Shown here: positions 34,150 to 46,485 of the stretch, in pieces | Numbering within the stretch: position 1 is the stretch's first letter | Layout: every line of letters begins with the position of its first letter | Assembly: GCF_018977255.1 (NCBI RefSeq) | Contig: NW_024704742.1 | Coordinates: 37,326,001 to 37,390,000 of the forward strand | Source: Callorhinchus milii | Taxonomy: Eukaryota | DNA: 64,000 nucleotides | Direction of reading: 5' to 3' | Program-made: the position numbers and the translations under genes | Notes under the pieces: model-generated | What the model saw: the letters and a program-made list of their open reading frames with translations, nothing else | Database searches by the model: none | Told to the model about the DNA's origin: nothing

Positions 34150-34435
34150 GCAAGTTTTGCGGTTTCAACTGGTTAGACTCTAGCAGTACCCCAACGCACA
34201 CTCTGGGGTCCCCAAGCATCAGCTCAGGCCAACCTGCGCCTAATACTTTCTGGAATTTGGTAAGCAGGATGCTTCCCTCCAGGGAGAGAGTGCGTATTCC
34301 ATTCCAACAATCTATCTGTGGGATTTCCATGTGTAGGTGGGATGTGTGAAATTCTCAGTTTGGTTTGGAGACTCTGAAGCCTGGTGATGGGTTTCCATGT
34401 ATGACAGACGGACCCGGTTGACCCGAGAAAAGAAA
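34150..34435 (+). repeat. Unclassified dispersed repeat, copy 4 of 4 (preceded by a SINE-type head at ~34060-34102)
   Basis: Same blocks as the 32040 copy (agggagagagtgcgtattc, caacaatctatct, attctcag.ttggtttgga). Confidence 0.8.
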
Positions 34436-34874
34436 TGAAAAGCTAAACCTTTGGTCAATTTTAATCAGGTCCAACATCAGACAAACTGAGAACAAACTAC
34501 ATTGGGGTAATAATAATAATAATAATCCTTGTATTTGATATAGTGCTTTTCACGTTTTCGAGACGTCTCAAAGGATTTCACCGAATATACTGTAAAGTGA
34601 ATTAATTGACTGTATATTTTGTGGACGAAACGCGGCAGCCAATTGTGCACAGCAGCGTCCCACAAGCGACCGATTTATTATTATTATTATTATGCAGGGG
34701 ACATGAGACTCGTAGTTGAGGTTCTTTTGAACTAAGTAAAATAACATACACACACACTCTCCCACACACACAAGTCAGCACAGCATAGCGTATCCTTGGA
34801 AACATGAGTGATTAAATACATCTGATGCCCTCCCTCCCCCACTCGCCCGAGAGGTACTGTGCCAGGCCACTTAC

Positions 34875-35196
34875 CAGCAACACAACCGTACAACACAGTG
34901 AGAGGCACCAGGCACGGCGGCAGCGGCCAGCTCTCCCCAGCATTGCTCTCAGACCAGCTCAGCCCTGAACACAACAGCTCGGCTTCAGCAGGAATTGTTT
35001 CAGTATAAACTTCTCTGCCCTGCCTGCCCCGCCTTGCCTCATTCACTCACTCACTCATTGGAGCTGGGGAGAGAATTGGTTGCTCTGGGTTTGAAGGAGG
35101 ACGAATGTCTTTTGATTTCCGGATTCACAGCAGAGCAGAGACTCTGGGTTGAGCTCCACAGCCAGCTCAGCCTTGACACCTGGATTCAGGTTCCAG
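34875..35196. promoter_or_regulatory. Promoter-like GC-rich island with candidate first exons on both strands
   Basis: Minus strand: two CCAAT boxes (35056-35060, 35075-35079), GC box GGCGGGGC (35026-35033), and donor CTG|gtaagt at 34875/34874. Plus strand: TATAAA at 35004-35009, Inr-like CTCATTC near 35038-35044, and donor CAG|gtgcgc after 35196. Several CpGs are retained. Confidence 0.5.
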
Positions 35197-35280
35197 GTGC
35201 GCACTTCCAGATTCAGAATGTCTGCCCTGGGTTCGGAATTGTGGTTCCACATCTGTAATGTTTATATAGCATGTTAATGT

Positions 35281-35465
35281 AGATCCCGGAATACTCCAGA
35301 TCCCGAGATACTCCAGATCCCGAGATACTCCAGATCCCAAGATACTCCAGATCCCGAGATACTCCAGATCCCAAGATACTCCAGATCCCAGGATATACCA
35401 AATCCCAAGATACTCTAGATTCTGGGCTACTCTAGATTTCAGGGCTGTTCTAGATTTCGGGATCC
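35281..35465. repeat. 17-bp minisatellite (AGATCCCRAGATACTCC), about 8 good and 3 degenerate units
   Basis: Units start at 35281, 35298, 35315, 35332, 35349, 35366, 35383 and 35400, and decay rightwards. Confidence 0.95.
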
Positions 35466-36126
35466 TGTGTTCGGAGTTATAATGATAATAAAATAATAAT
35501 AATCCTTGCATTTGATATAGCGCCTTATCACGTCTTAAGGATGTCTCAAAGCGCGTCACAAAATTTTTACTGTAAAATGAAGCGACTGTATAGTTTGAGG
35601 ACAAAATGCTGCAGCCAATTGCGCACAGCAATAATAATAGAAAGGAAATTCAACTCGGGCTTGAAAAATTTATCCCATCGGAGTTTGTGAGTGTGCAGAG
35701 CAGGTGTGCTGCTGGTCCTGTCATACACATCTCATACATTGCAGGGTTTGTGGGGTTTGTGCCCCTGTGTTGCAGGTTTGGGTCTCTAGACTTTGCTATT
35801 CCAGGTTAGGAATCCTGGATTCATTGTGTGCTCCATATTCTGATTCGTGCATTATCTGGGTTTGAGAATGGGAATGAATTTAGATTCTGAATTTGGGTTA
35901 GGAGTTCATTTCCAGAACATGGACTAATTATCGTGAAAACAACAACTTGTATTGTTTAGTGAATTGACTGTATATTTTGCAGACGAAACGCAGCAGCCAA
36001 TTACGCCCAGCAGTGTCCCACAAACAGTCATTCGAAGGAGGAGGCTTCATTTCATGTCATCCACCGGTGGGCAAGCTTTTAACCATTCTGCCCCACTCTC
36101 TGAATCTCCTGTAGACCCTCCACCTC

Positions 36127-36431
36127 AGTGGAGTCCTGTAGCTCAGTGGTTAGAGCACTCGCTTTGCAAGCGAAATACCTGGGTTCAATTCCAGGCAGAG
36201 GGCGAAACCTTGGGCAAGTTTCCTTACTCCACACGCATAATAATAATCCCTCCAAAACAAAACAATAATAAATTGGTCATTTTCAATCCACGAATGTTTG
36301 TGGGACACTGCTGTGCGCAATTGGCTGCCGTGTTTCGTCCACAAATATACAGTCTATTCTGTGAAGCGCTTTGAGACGTCGAGATGACGTGAAAAGCGCT
36401 ATATCAAATGCAAGGATTATTATTATTATTA
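36127..36431 (+). mobile_element. tRNA-Ala SINE (short variant) inserted in an L2 3' fragment
   Basis: Full head, body and tail; L2 residues flank it at ~36060-36125 and 36432-36595. Confidence 0.9.
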
Positions 36432-38345
36432 TCCACCCCGCCCCCACCTTTAAAGCCTGCATTCTAGACCTTTCTGTTTGACCTTGCGTTAGGTCACCTG
36501 TCCCCTCCTCCCACCAACCTTCCTCAATTCCCGCACCCCCAGCTCAGGTTCCCAGTCGGCTTTGTGAAGCACTTTGAGATGTCCTTCAATGTTGAGAAGG
36601 AGGAGAAGGTTACATATCGCGAATGGATTTACAACTGAGAGCTACACTAAGGGGATTGAGCCAGTGAGTGGGTGTGTTTGAATATGTATCCGAGAGGATC
36701 GACCTCAGTGAGTGAAAAGGTGTGGCTGTGGGTGAGCCAGGTTTTTGTGAGGTCCAGGATATCAATCTGTTTGTCCAGAATAAGATCATAAATGGGGAGA
36801 GCTTTGTACATTTGGAGGGCTTTGTACATTTGGACATCAAAGGGGATCCGGGAAGTGTGGTTTACTCCAGGCAAGCAAGACAGACAAACCTTGCAGTGTA
36901 AAACAGGGATGCGGGCAATCAGGGTGGCTGTTCCGGGATAGTCAGTGGCTGGTATCATAAATATAATAGGATAACCCACCCACCCACTGACTGCTATCGC
37001 AAGTTCATCTGTATAAATAATCTGATTGCATGTGTGAATCCCGCTGTCAGAAGTTTACAAATTGAAAGCTGATTTGATGCCAAAAGAAGAACTGAGTCAC
37101 AGTAGTCTTGCGGTTTTCATTCTAAATGCTTAGAACGAGAATGTCAAAATTGTTAATCCTCCATTGTGTATATCGTCAAAAGTGATTAAACTGAGTACAC
37201 TGACCAGAGCATGCATTGTAACGCTTACTGCCAGGAAAACTAATCTTAGCCACAATAGAATGAAGCAATCTGTGAATTTCCCCACAAAATATATAGTCAA
37301 CTCACTTTATAATATATTCTATGAAGCGCTTTGAAACCTCTCAAAGACCTGATACGGTGCTATATTAAATGCGAGGATTATTATAATTCTGTGGTACTGT
37401 ATATATTGTGCTACAAATTAAGCCACAATTGAATAAATCAATCCTGTGAATTATGTGGTACAGTATGTATTTGTGCTACAAATGAATGACTTGCTTTTAC
37501 AGTTACCTAGATGTTTATCTAGATTTTGGGGTTGAAATTGCTGTCTTGGAATAACAACCAGGTATCCCTTTATTCCACATACAGTATTATAAAGAACAAT
37601 AAACTTTCAGGAGAGTGACATTCCTATTCTCCTGCTGGGGTCATGGTGATCATTGTGGGTGGGCTGAGAGGTCGCAGCTGCACATTCCTACCCACCAGCA
37701 GCCTGGTTTGTTTCACAGGCTGTCTATGTGACAATGATGGATGTGATAGATTCACCCTATTTGAGCTGAAGCAAAGCAGTATCGACTGGATTAGCAGTGC
37801 TCTGGTGGAGCTAAAACAAAAATAAATATTTCTTTTGTTTTGCCTTCACTAGAAAGAACGAAATCTGCTTTTATGTCAATGGATCATTCAAGCATCGTTT
37901 TTTGTTAAATTTAGGACTGGATTATTTGTCAGTGCCTCCCTGACTCATGAAAATAAAACTGGGTGATCTGTCCATAATATGCTGTTCTTCAGTCACTAGA
38001 GAAACATTACAGTATACTTTATTCAGTGACGAGGTGAATGAAAGGTAACAAAAATATGGCAAATTTAAAGGAGTTGGCCACAAAAATGCCATGCAGAGGA
38101 GGGTGGCTGAAAGGGGCTACATAGTGTGATAGTGGGATGTCTTTCTGATGGGGAGGGCGCTATTCATGTGTAATTTGTTGTTGATGTCTGTTTAATGGAA
38201 ATTCTGGATTTTTGCTTGATTTTCCTTCGAGTGGACACAAGGAGGCAGACAGAACCTGTGCTTTGGAACTGTAGCAGTTGTTGCCTATGATAACCCAGTT
38301 AGTGAACAGAATTGGTTGAATGTCTTTTTCTTGTTAAACCCGCAG

Positions 38346-39403
38346 ACTTCCACATGTATGCGGATGACACCCAACTCTACCTTTCCTCCTCTACTCTCAA
38401 CTCCACGACCACCGATGTCCTGACAGCCTGCCTGTCCGACATCGAGTCCTGGACGAGAGACAACTTTCTTCAGCTCAACGTGCGAAAAACCGAGGCCCTC
38501 CTGATTGGCTCACGTCAGCGCCTCCGCACCTCAGGCGCCGACACCATCAGCATCCAAGGCTGCACTCTCCACCTCTCAAAGCCAGTCAGGAACCTCGGCG
38601 TTTTGTTCGACCCTGAGCTGTCCTTTCTCCCTCACATCCGCACCACAACTGGCACCGCCTTCCATCACCTCCGGAACATCGCCAGACTACGCCATTACCT
38701 CACCCCTCACGCTGCTGAAACCCTGGTCCACGCCTTTGTCACCTCAAGGCTGGACTATGGGAACTCTCTCCTCGCCGGCCTTCCCGCCACCTCCCTCCAC
38801 AAGCTGCAGGTCATTCAGAACTCTGCAGCTCGTGTACTGTCCCGCACCAGGCTTCGGGACCACATCACTCCCACCCTCGCTCGCCTCCACTGGCTCCCCA
38901 TCCCCCAGAGGATTGATTTCAAGATCCTCATCCTCACCTACAAGGCCATTCACGGTCTTGCTCCCTCCTACCTCTCCAACCTACTATCCCCCTACCTACC
39001 TGCCCGTACCCTCCGTTCCTCTGGCTCTGGTCTGCTCCACGTCCCCCGCCCCAACCGCCCTACCATCGGTGGTCGGGCCTTCAGCCTCTCAGCCCCCAGG
39101 CTCTGGAACTCTATCCCCCAGTGCCTTCGCCGCCTCCTCCCTTTCCTCCTTCAAGGCCGGTCTCAAAACCTTTCTCTTTGACCGTGCCTTCAGCTCCCCT
39201 CTCGACTCTCTTCCTCCTCCTCGCTCCCTCCCTTCCCTCCCCTCACCCTGACCATTTCCCCCCTCCTCGCTCCCTCCCTTCCCTCCCCTCACCCTGACCA
39301 TTTCCCCCCTTCTCGGGTCATGACCCAACTGTGCAGCGCCTTGGGACGTCCTCCTGACGTGAAAGGCGCTTTATAAATGGAATCTTGTTGTTGTTGTTGT
39401 TGT
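38346..39403 (+). mobile_element. Young L2 LINE, 5'-truncated, with long open ORF2 C-terminus
   Basis: ORF 38312..39181 with intact YADD; stem-loop tail plus (TTG)n. Confidence 0.95.
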
Positions 39404-40329
39404 TCTAATTGTTTTACTAATTTTAAATGATCTTGTGTTCACGTGAGTTTATGGTCCTCTAATGTTAAGTTCCACTTTATCATATGAAAACATCTCAAAG
39501 TGCGTCAAAAGATTAGTTATATTGATCTGTAGTTGATGCTGTTATATATAGCAAACACGGCAACCAATCTATGCTAGCAATGCCCCACAAACAACAATGC
39601 AATAATTTGTTGGTAAATTTGGATAAGGGTAAAGTAATGGCCAAGAAATTGGGGTGGGGGGCGGGGGGTCTTATCTACAAATAGTCCCGACACTATTCAA
39701 TCAAGAAGGGAGTTTCTCCTGGTGTTCTGGCCAACAATCCCACTAATAAAATTGATCACTCACTCATTAACTGTTTGTGGACATTTGTGCTCAAATTGGC
39801 TGCCATGTCCACCAATAAAATACACACAACTTTAAGCATATCCTCTTAAGTGCTTGACGACCTAATAAGGCACTATATCAAATGCAAGGAATATTATATT
39901 ATTATAAATATCTGCACTATCCCGTAAGAAACCATAACAGCAGGTAAGTTGGTTAAGCATCTCATTTCAAAGAGCAATGGCAACATGTGAACTAAAAGAT
40001 GAGTTTACCTTCATTTTAATCACTTATTCATTGTCTGATTTGATATGGTTGTGGGAGAATTTATGTCTAGCTGACAGTGACAGGTAGGACAGTACATATT
40101 GTTGATAGTGATAATGGCCTCACCTGAGCAATTTAAATCTGAATTCAATCTGCAATAAATTACTGAGAAATCACCATTGTTATGGCTACATAACAATTAT
40201 TACTGCAGTCTCTTCAGAACCATCAGCAATCCTGGTGGATAATTCTAGCTGTGTCTCAGTGATACTGTTCAGAAAAGAAATAGGGAGTTTTTCGCAGTGT
40301 CCTAAACAACAATCCTCGAGATAAATTCA

Positions 40330-41700
40330 ACAACAACAACTTGGATTTATATAGCACCCTCCACGCCGGACAGCATCTCAGAGAGCTTCACAGTAATGGA
40401 TCCCGGGGCCGAGCCAGTGGGAAGGGGAGGAAGATGATCAAAGGTGCGGTCGAAAAGAAAGGTCTTCATCCAAGAGCTGAAAATAGAAAGAGAGGGAGCG
40501 AGGTGAAGGGAGTAAGGAAGGGAATTCCAGAGCCTCGGGGCAAAGTGGCTGAAAGCACGGCCGCCGAGGGTGGAGCGGAGGACTCGGGGGACAAGGAGGA
40601 GGCCAGATCCGGTGGAACGAAGGCAACGGGCACTGTTTTGAGGAGAGAGGAGGTCAGAGAGATAGGGGGGTGCAGAGGAGTGGAGGGATTTGAAGACAAG
40701 GGTGAGGATCTTGAAGTTGATCCTCTCTGGGACAGGGAGCCAGTGCAGTTTGGCAAGGACTGGGGCAATCGGGGAGCCGCGTCTGGTGCGGGTGAGAACG
40801 CGGGCGGCAGGTTTTTGTATAATCTGGATTTTATGGATGGTAGTGGAGGGGAGACCGGTGAGGAGGGCGATTGAATAGTCCAGCTGAGAGGTGACAAATG
40901 CATGTACCAGGGTTTCAGCAGCTTTTGGAGGGAGGTATTGGCGAAGATGGGCGATGCGTCGGTGGTGGAAGAAAGCGGTGCTGGTAAGGGACCAGATGTG
41001 GGGGAGGAAGGATAATTGGGAGTCGAACCTGACGCTTAGGTTGCATACGGGTTTGGAGAGTTTTAGTGGGAGGTCGGGTAGGTGGAGGAGGTGAGAACCA
41101 TGAGATTTTAGACGTTGACGAGAGCCAAAGAGTATGGCTTTCGTCTTGTCAATGTTCAGCTGAAGGAAATTTGCACTCAGCCAGCCCCTGAGGTCTGACA
41201 GGCAGGCTGACAGAACATTAGGGGACTGGGGGTCGTAAAGAGAGGTGGAAAAATAGAGTTGGGTGTTGTTCGCGTACATGCGGAAGTGTACCCCATGTCT
41301 GCGGATGACATCCCCAAGAGGGAGCATGTAGATCAGAAAGAGGAGGGAGCCAAGGATGGATTCTTGGGATACCCCGCAGGTAACTGGGTGAGAGCGGGAG
41401 GAGAAGCTGTTTGTGCAGATGTACTGCTGGCAGTTTGTGAGGTAGGACTCGAACCAGGTGAGTGCAGTCCCACTGAGGTGGATGACGGAGGAAAGGCGGT
41501 GGAGGAGGATGGCGTGATCGACTGTGTCGAACGCGGCGGAGAGGTCCAGGAGGACAAGGAGACAGAGGGAGCCCTGGTCACAGATAAAGAGGATGTCGTT
41601 TGTGACTTTCACAAGCGCAGTCTCTGTACTGTGGGCAGGGCGGAAACCGGACTGGAGGGGTTCGAAAAGGGAGTGTGAGGAGAGGAGTGTGCGGAGTTGA
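40330..41700 (-). mobile_element. L2 LINE, whole RT domain in one open frame but catalytically mutated
   Basis: ORF 40347..41813: QSGFRPAHSTETAL, LDLSAAFDTVDH, YANN in place of YADD, and SQES in place of PQGS. Confidence 0.95.
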
Positions 41701-43014
41701 GATTTGACTGCCTCCACCTCCCTCCCTCCCTCCCCAGTAATTGCATGTGAAGTGTTTTGAGACATTACAATTGATAAGCTGCCATAAAATTGTAAGTTCT
41801 TCCCATATTTCAATGGCTAATGCTTCTAATTATAACTGGGAACAGCTGTTGCCATTGATCTTAAATGTCTTAGAAAGTTCCAGTGTGCATTGGTCTAATG
41901 CTTTGGTCAAATGCACATGTGAGCTGAGCAGAGGTTTGCTTCTCCTGTAGGTCTGTTTCATTTTAGCAAATCCATTCCCAAACGTCTGCTTTTTAGGCAC
42001 ATCGAGGGACCTAATTTGTGATATTTCTTAACAGGAGAATTTGATAATTATTAATAAGGGATCTGAGTCACAAATGGGAGACTCCTTCCAGTAAACAGAA
42101 GTACATGACTCCAATCAACAGGAATCCTGCTTCAATAGAATTTAATACCAGAGCAGGGTTCCTGAGGGTCAGTGGGAATACTAATAAGATTTCATATTAT
42201 GGAATAATCTTAAGAAATACCACAAGTCAGATCCCTAAATATGGATGAACCAGAACTGCTTAGAAGGTCGCTACAACAACAACAACTTGCATTTTTTTTG
42301 GTCCCTTCTCCCTGAGTGCTTGACAGTGACAGATTCTGACACTAAGGCATGGGAGAAGGAAGGGCCGGGTGATCATCAGCTTGATCAAAAAGGAAGGTCT
42401 TTAGGCAATTCTCAGCTGCACAAACTGCTGACACATTTGTGACGTTCTGACATAGGACATCGACAAGAATATGTAAAATCACCAGTTACTGTCTAATCCA
42501 TTTCAATCTGAATTTCACATGCTCAGCTGAATGGCCTGAAAGGAATACAGCATAGGTTACACAGAAAGCTGAAACAAGCAATTCAGCCCAAATACTCCAT
42601 GCTGGATTTATACTCTGTTCAAATATAAGTATTATTATCATTCATAAAAGCAGTTAAGTGTTGAAATACAATTTAGTGTCACATTTTGAGTCTCCGAGAG
42701 TGGGCCATGTTTTGAAAACTAGGTAGAATTGTCAAGGAATAATCTAGAGGCAGTGGATATTCAGAGCATTGCGTTTCTAATGATTTATAATGTGTTTTTG
42801 GCATCATGATTAACATAAATTACCCTATAAATTCAAAATATTTTGACACAGTGAGAAGCCCATGACCATGTATAATGGGTTACAAAGCAAACTGGCTGCC
42901 AGGAAAAGACAGGCTCACTTTCTTTATGATGAGATGGAAAATTAAACTCATCTCTGTTTGCTTTTCGCTCTTGCTTCACTGCTGGGCCACCTTCAATCTT
43001 GTTACCTATTTAGG

Positions 43015-43230
43015 TGTCGGTCTTGCTCAGTTAGTAGCAATATCCTGCCTGTGTCAGAACGTTGTACGTTCAAGCCCCACGTTGAAACTTTGAACTCACA
43101 AAGTCTGGGCAAAGACTCCATGAGGTTCTGGTGGAGTGCTGCACTGGTGGAGGTGCAGTTCTTCAGAAGCGATGCTAAACCAAGGTCTCTAAAGATCCCG
43201 TGGACCTATTCAAAAAGAGGGGGAATTTTA
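43015..43230 (+). mobile_element. Deu-domain SINE fragment
   Basis: gctcagttagtagc...tcaagccccac...gtgctgcactggtggaggtgc...aaagatccc. Confidence 0.65.
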
Positions 43231-43491
43231 CGATGATGTAAAACGTGGCTTACGTCTTAGTGAGTTTTAGGAAACCATTTATTTTTGACACTTATTTTCA
43301 TGCTTTGTTTTCATTTCAGCCAAAGGCCAGCTGGTCACATACAGGGTCTTTCTCGCCCTCTATAAACTGAACCACAGTCATGTCTACACCCTGACCTCAC
43401 ATTGGCTCATGACCCAGGTAATCAATTAGCCTTTATATTACATACAGGAAATGCATATTATTTCTAGGTTACGACAGTGGTTAACAGATTG

Positions 43492-43846
43492 GAGTTCTGT
43501 AACTTAGTAGTTAGAGCACTCTCCTTGCAAGTGAGAGGACCTGGGTTTGATTTCCGGGAAGGGCGAAATGTTGGGCAAGTTCCCTTACTCCACACCTAAG
43601 TAGGAATTCGGTTGTTAGTTGGTTGTTGGATCGCTTTTCCGGGGATAATAATTCCTTAAAAAAAAATAATAATTTGGTCACTCAATCCACGACTGTTTGT
43701 GGGACACTGCTGTGTGCAATTAGCTGCCACATTTTGCCCACAAAATATACAGTCAATTCACTTTACAGTATATTCTGTGAAGCGCTTTGAGACATCTCAA
43801 AGATGTGATAAGGATCTATATCAAATGCAAGGATTATTATTATTAC
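43492..43846 (+). mobile_element. tRNA-Ala SINE, long variant
   Basis: Head, ttgggcaagt, extra internal segment, L2 tail. Confidence 0.9.
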
Positions 43847-44238
43847 TGTTGTTTATTAATAGACACCCTGGTTTTATTTAGGTGACCCTACATAAGATAA
43901 AATGCTTTATGTAATGTGTTAATTATCAATGGTGCTAATTATCACATGTCGTATTTTGACCCCCATATCACAAATTACTAAAATAGAGTTATGGAAGAGA
44001 AATAACTCGCCAGAGTTAACTTTCTTATAGTCCTTTTAAATAAGCAATGATTTGTGTAGTTTCTTTTGGGATTTGGGGATTGTGACAGCATTCTTTCTCC
44101 ATTCTTCCTCCTAATTAGGTTTCTTAGAAGCACAGAAATTACAACGCAGAAGGAGGCCATTCGCCCCATTACGTCTGCTCTGACTCTCAGAGCATCTAAT
44201 AACTACCTCCCATGGTAGATGGACAAATATTTAAATTA

Positions 44239-44556
44239 TAATAATAATAATAATCCTTGCATTTGATATAGCGCTTTTCACGTTGGGAGGACGTCCCAAA
44301 GCGCTTCACAGAACACACTGTAAAGTGAATTGACTGTATATTTGTGGGCGAACGCGCAGCCAATTGCGCACAGCAATGTCCCACAAACAGTCGCAGATTG
44401 AAAATGACCAATTTTTTTATTGTTTTTGGTTTTGGAGGGATTATTATTAGGCTATGTGTGGAGTAAGGAAACTTGCCCAAGGTTTCGCCCTGCCGGGAAT
44501 TGAACTCAGGTCTCTCGCTTGCAAAGCGAGTGCTCTAACCACTGAGCTACAGGACT
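44239..44556 (-). mobile_element. tRNA-Ala SINE, young short variant
   Basis: Near-identical to 31245-31575. Confidence 0.95.
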
Positions 44557-46099
44557 TATAAAAGACATGTTATAATGCTTCCCTCAACTTGCCCCCTTTT
44601 CTCCACCATTACCCCTTTCCCTCATCCGCTTTCCCTATTCCACAAATTGGTAAAGATGCAATCACGATGTTCCGACCAGTCATTGGACGACTATTTTCAG
44701 TGAGATTACATTAGTGAGGCAGCCTCAGTGATACGCTAATGTATGCATGGAAACACAGAGGGTCATGTTTTTTTTAGGTTTGAGAGTCAGCCTTTAAGCC
44801 CTCCAGGCTGTGCTGCAGATTTAAGTTTAGCAGTGTCATATCAGCAAACAGTTAAAATATGATGGTTGGGACAGCACCACTTGTGGTGTCATATCTGAAA
44901 TATCCCCAGGCTCATGCCAAGCTATGAAGGGTCATCGTGAAGCTATGAAGCTGGTCTATTATTAATTTCAGAGAGGTTTCCTCCTCCCTCGCTTCTGAAG
45001 CTGCCAAGTAGTGATACTGAATTAATTTTAGAGCTGCCTCAGCTGAAATTCTCGGTGGACAGGTTTAACTTAGTGAAGTGTTTTTCCTGGCAATACACAA
45101 CAGGGCAAGTGTTTCCTATGTCATGCATGATAGTGCAGAACTATTTCTGTGGAACTCACTGCCACAAATACCTGCACTGAGATCTACATAAGATGGTACA
45201 GTTTACAAATGGCTTGCATCAGGAGCCTGGGTAGGAAATCTGCCAATATAACCCATGAATCATTAATCCAATTTGCAGATGTCAGAAGCATATTTAATAA
45301 AGGGAAACAGTCTTTATGCAGAAGTGTTTGCTCATCCTTCTCTTATTTGTTTTCAGATCAACTCTGTGATGATGTGATTTGTATTAAAAATCATCACTAT
45401 CATCATGAAGAACATAACTCATAACTCCTGTAATTCTGGTTGTTGACAGAGGGTCCACAGTTTAAAGAAAATAACAGCAACAACTATTTACACGACACAA
45501 TGCCTTTCACATAGGGGAATGTCTCAAAATACTTTGCAGAGACAGGGTGGGAGAAAGATGAGAAGTGGCCGAATGTGGAGTCAGAGACGTAGATTTCTTT
45601 AGAAAGCAGAGGATGGAGTAAGGTGAAGCTCATATATAGAAAAAGTTCTAGAGAACTGGGCAAAGTGGCTGAAAGTTTGTTTATTTTATTATTACACCCG
45701 GAATAACACTCAGATTAACTTCAACTTTGAGTACTGGGTCATTGAATATTCAATCTGCTGGTCAAAATAACACAAGGGTCCAAAGGTTTCTTAGCTTTAA
45801 TTGCTGATGATTAGATTTGGAGTCTCACACCCCACGTCAATGCTCCCATCAGCCATTTACACAGCTTTTATGTGAATCCTCCTCTCACATTCTTGCTCTC
45901 TTTTATGCCTGTTAACACCTATTCGTCACTTAATAAGTCCACCAAGCCTAATCAGTGGTGAACATAATAACATCAGCTCCTATGGAGTTTCATTGCTAAA
46001 GCGTAAAACATATTACAAATTTCAGTTTTAGAGAGGAACTTTCATGCTTTCAAGCATACTTCCTGCTGATAAGAGCAACAACCACAATATGAACCCTGG

Positions 46100-46485
46100 G
46101 CTCTCCCTCAGACTCAACGAACCAGTGGGCAATCTAGTCGCCTAGTTAGACCCCCAGCTGTCTTTCATCCCCCACGTCTGGTCCCTGACCAGGACCCCCT
46201 TCTTCCACCTCTGCTACATTGCCCACCTCTGACCGTACCTTACCCCAAATGCAGCCAAAACCTTTGTGCATGCATTTGTCACCTCCTGCCTGGATTACTC
46301 CAACACACTCCTCACCGGTCTCCCCAGCTCCACTATTCAAAAAATCCAGCTCATTCAGAACTCTGCTGCCCACATGCTTACCTGGAACAAACTCCGTACC
46401 CACATCTCACCAGTTCTGGCCAGGCTCCACTGGCTCCCCATAACCGAACAGATTGACTTCAAGATCCTCACACTCATGTTCAAAT
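46100..46485 (+). mobile_element. L2 internal fragment
   Basis: HAFVTSCLDYSN...LHWLPITEQIDFKILTL. Confidence 0.85.

Noticed and set aside
34103..34330. ORF with GVLLESN, matching GVLIESN in ORF 48..269
   Set aside because: The match comes from two copies of the same non-coding repeat; other copies do not keep the frame.
35281..35465. CRISPR-like array
   Set aside because: Head-to-tail 17-bp units with no unique spacers, no cas genes, and a vertebrate context.
40347..41813. 488-aa ORF as a host gene or domesticated reverse transcriptase
   Set aside because: It is a 5'-truncated L2 with a normal tail. YADD is mutated to YANN, and the N-terminal ~35 aa come from flanking DNA. An open frame alone does not show domestication.
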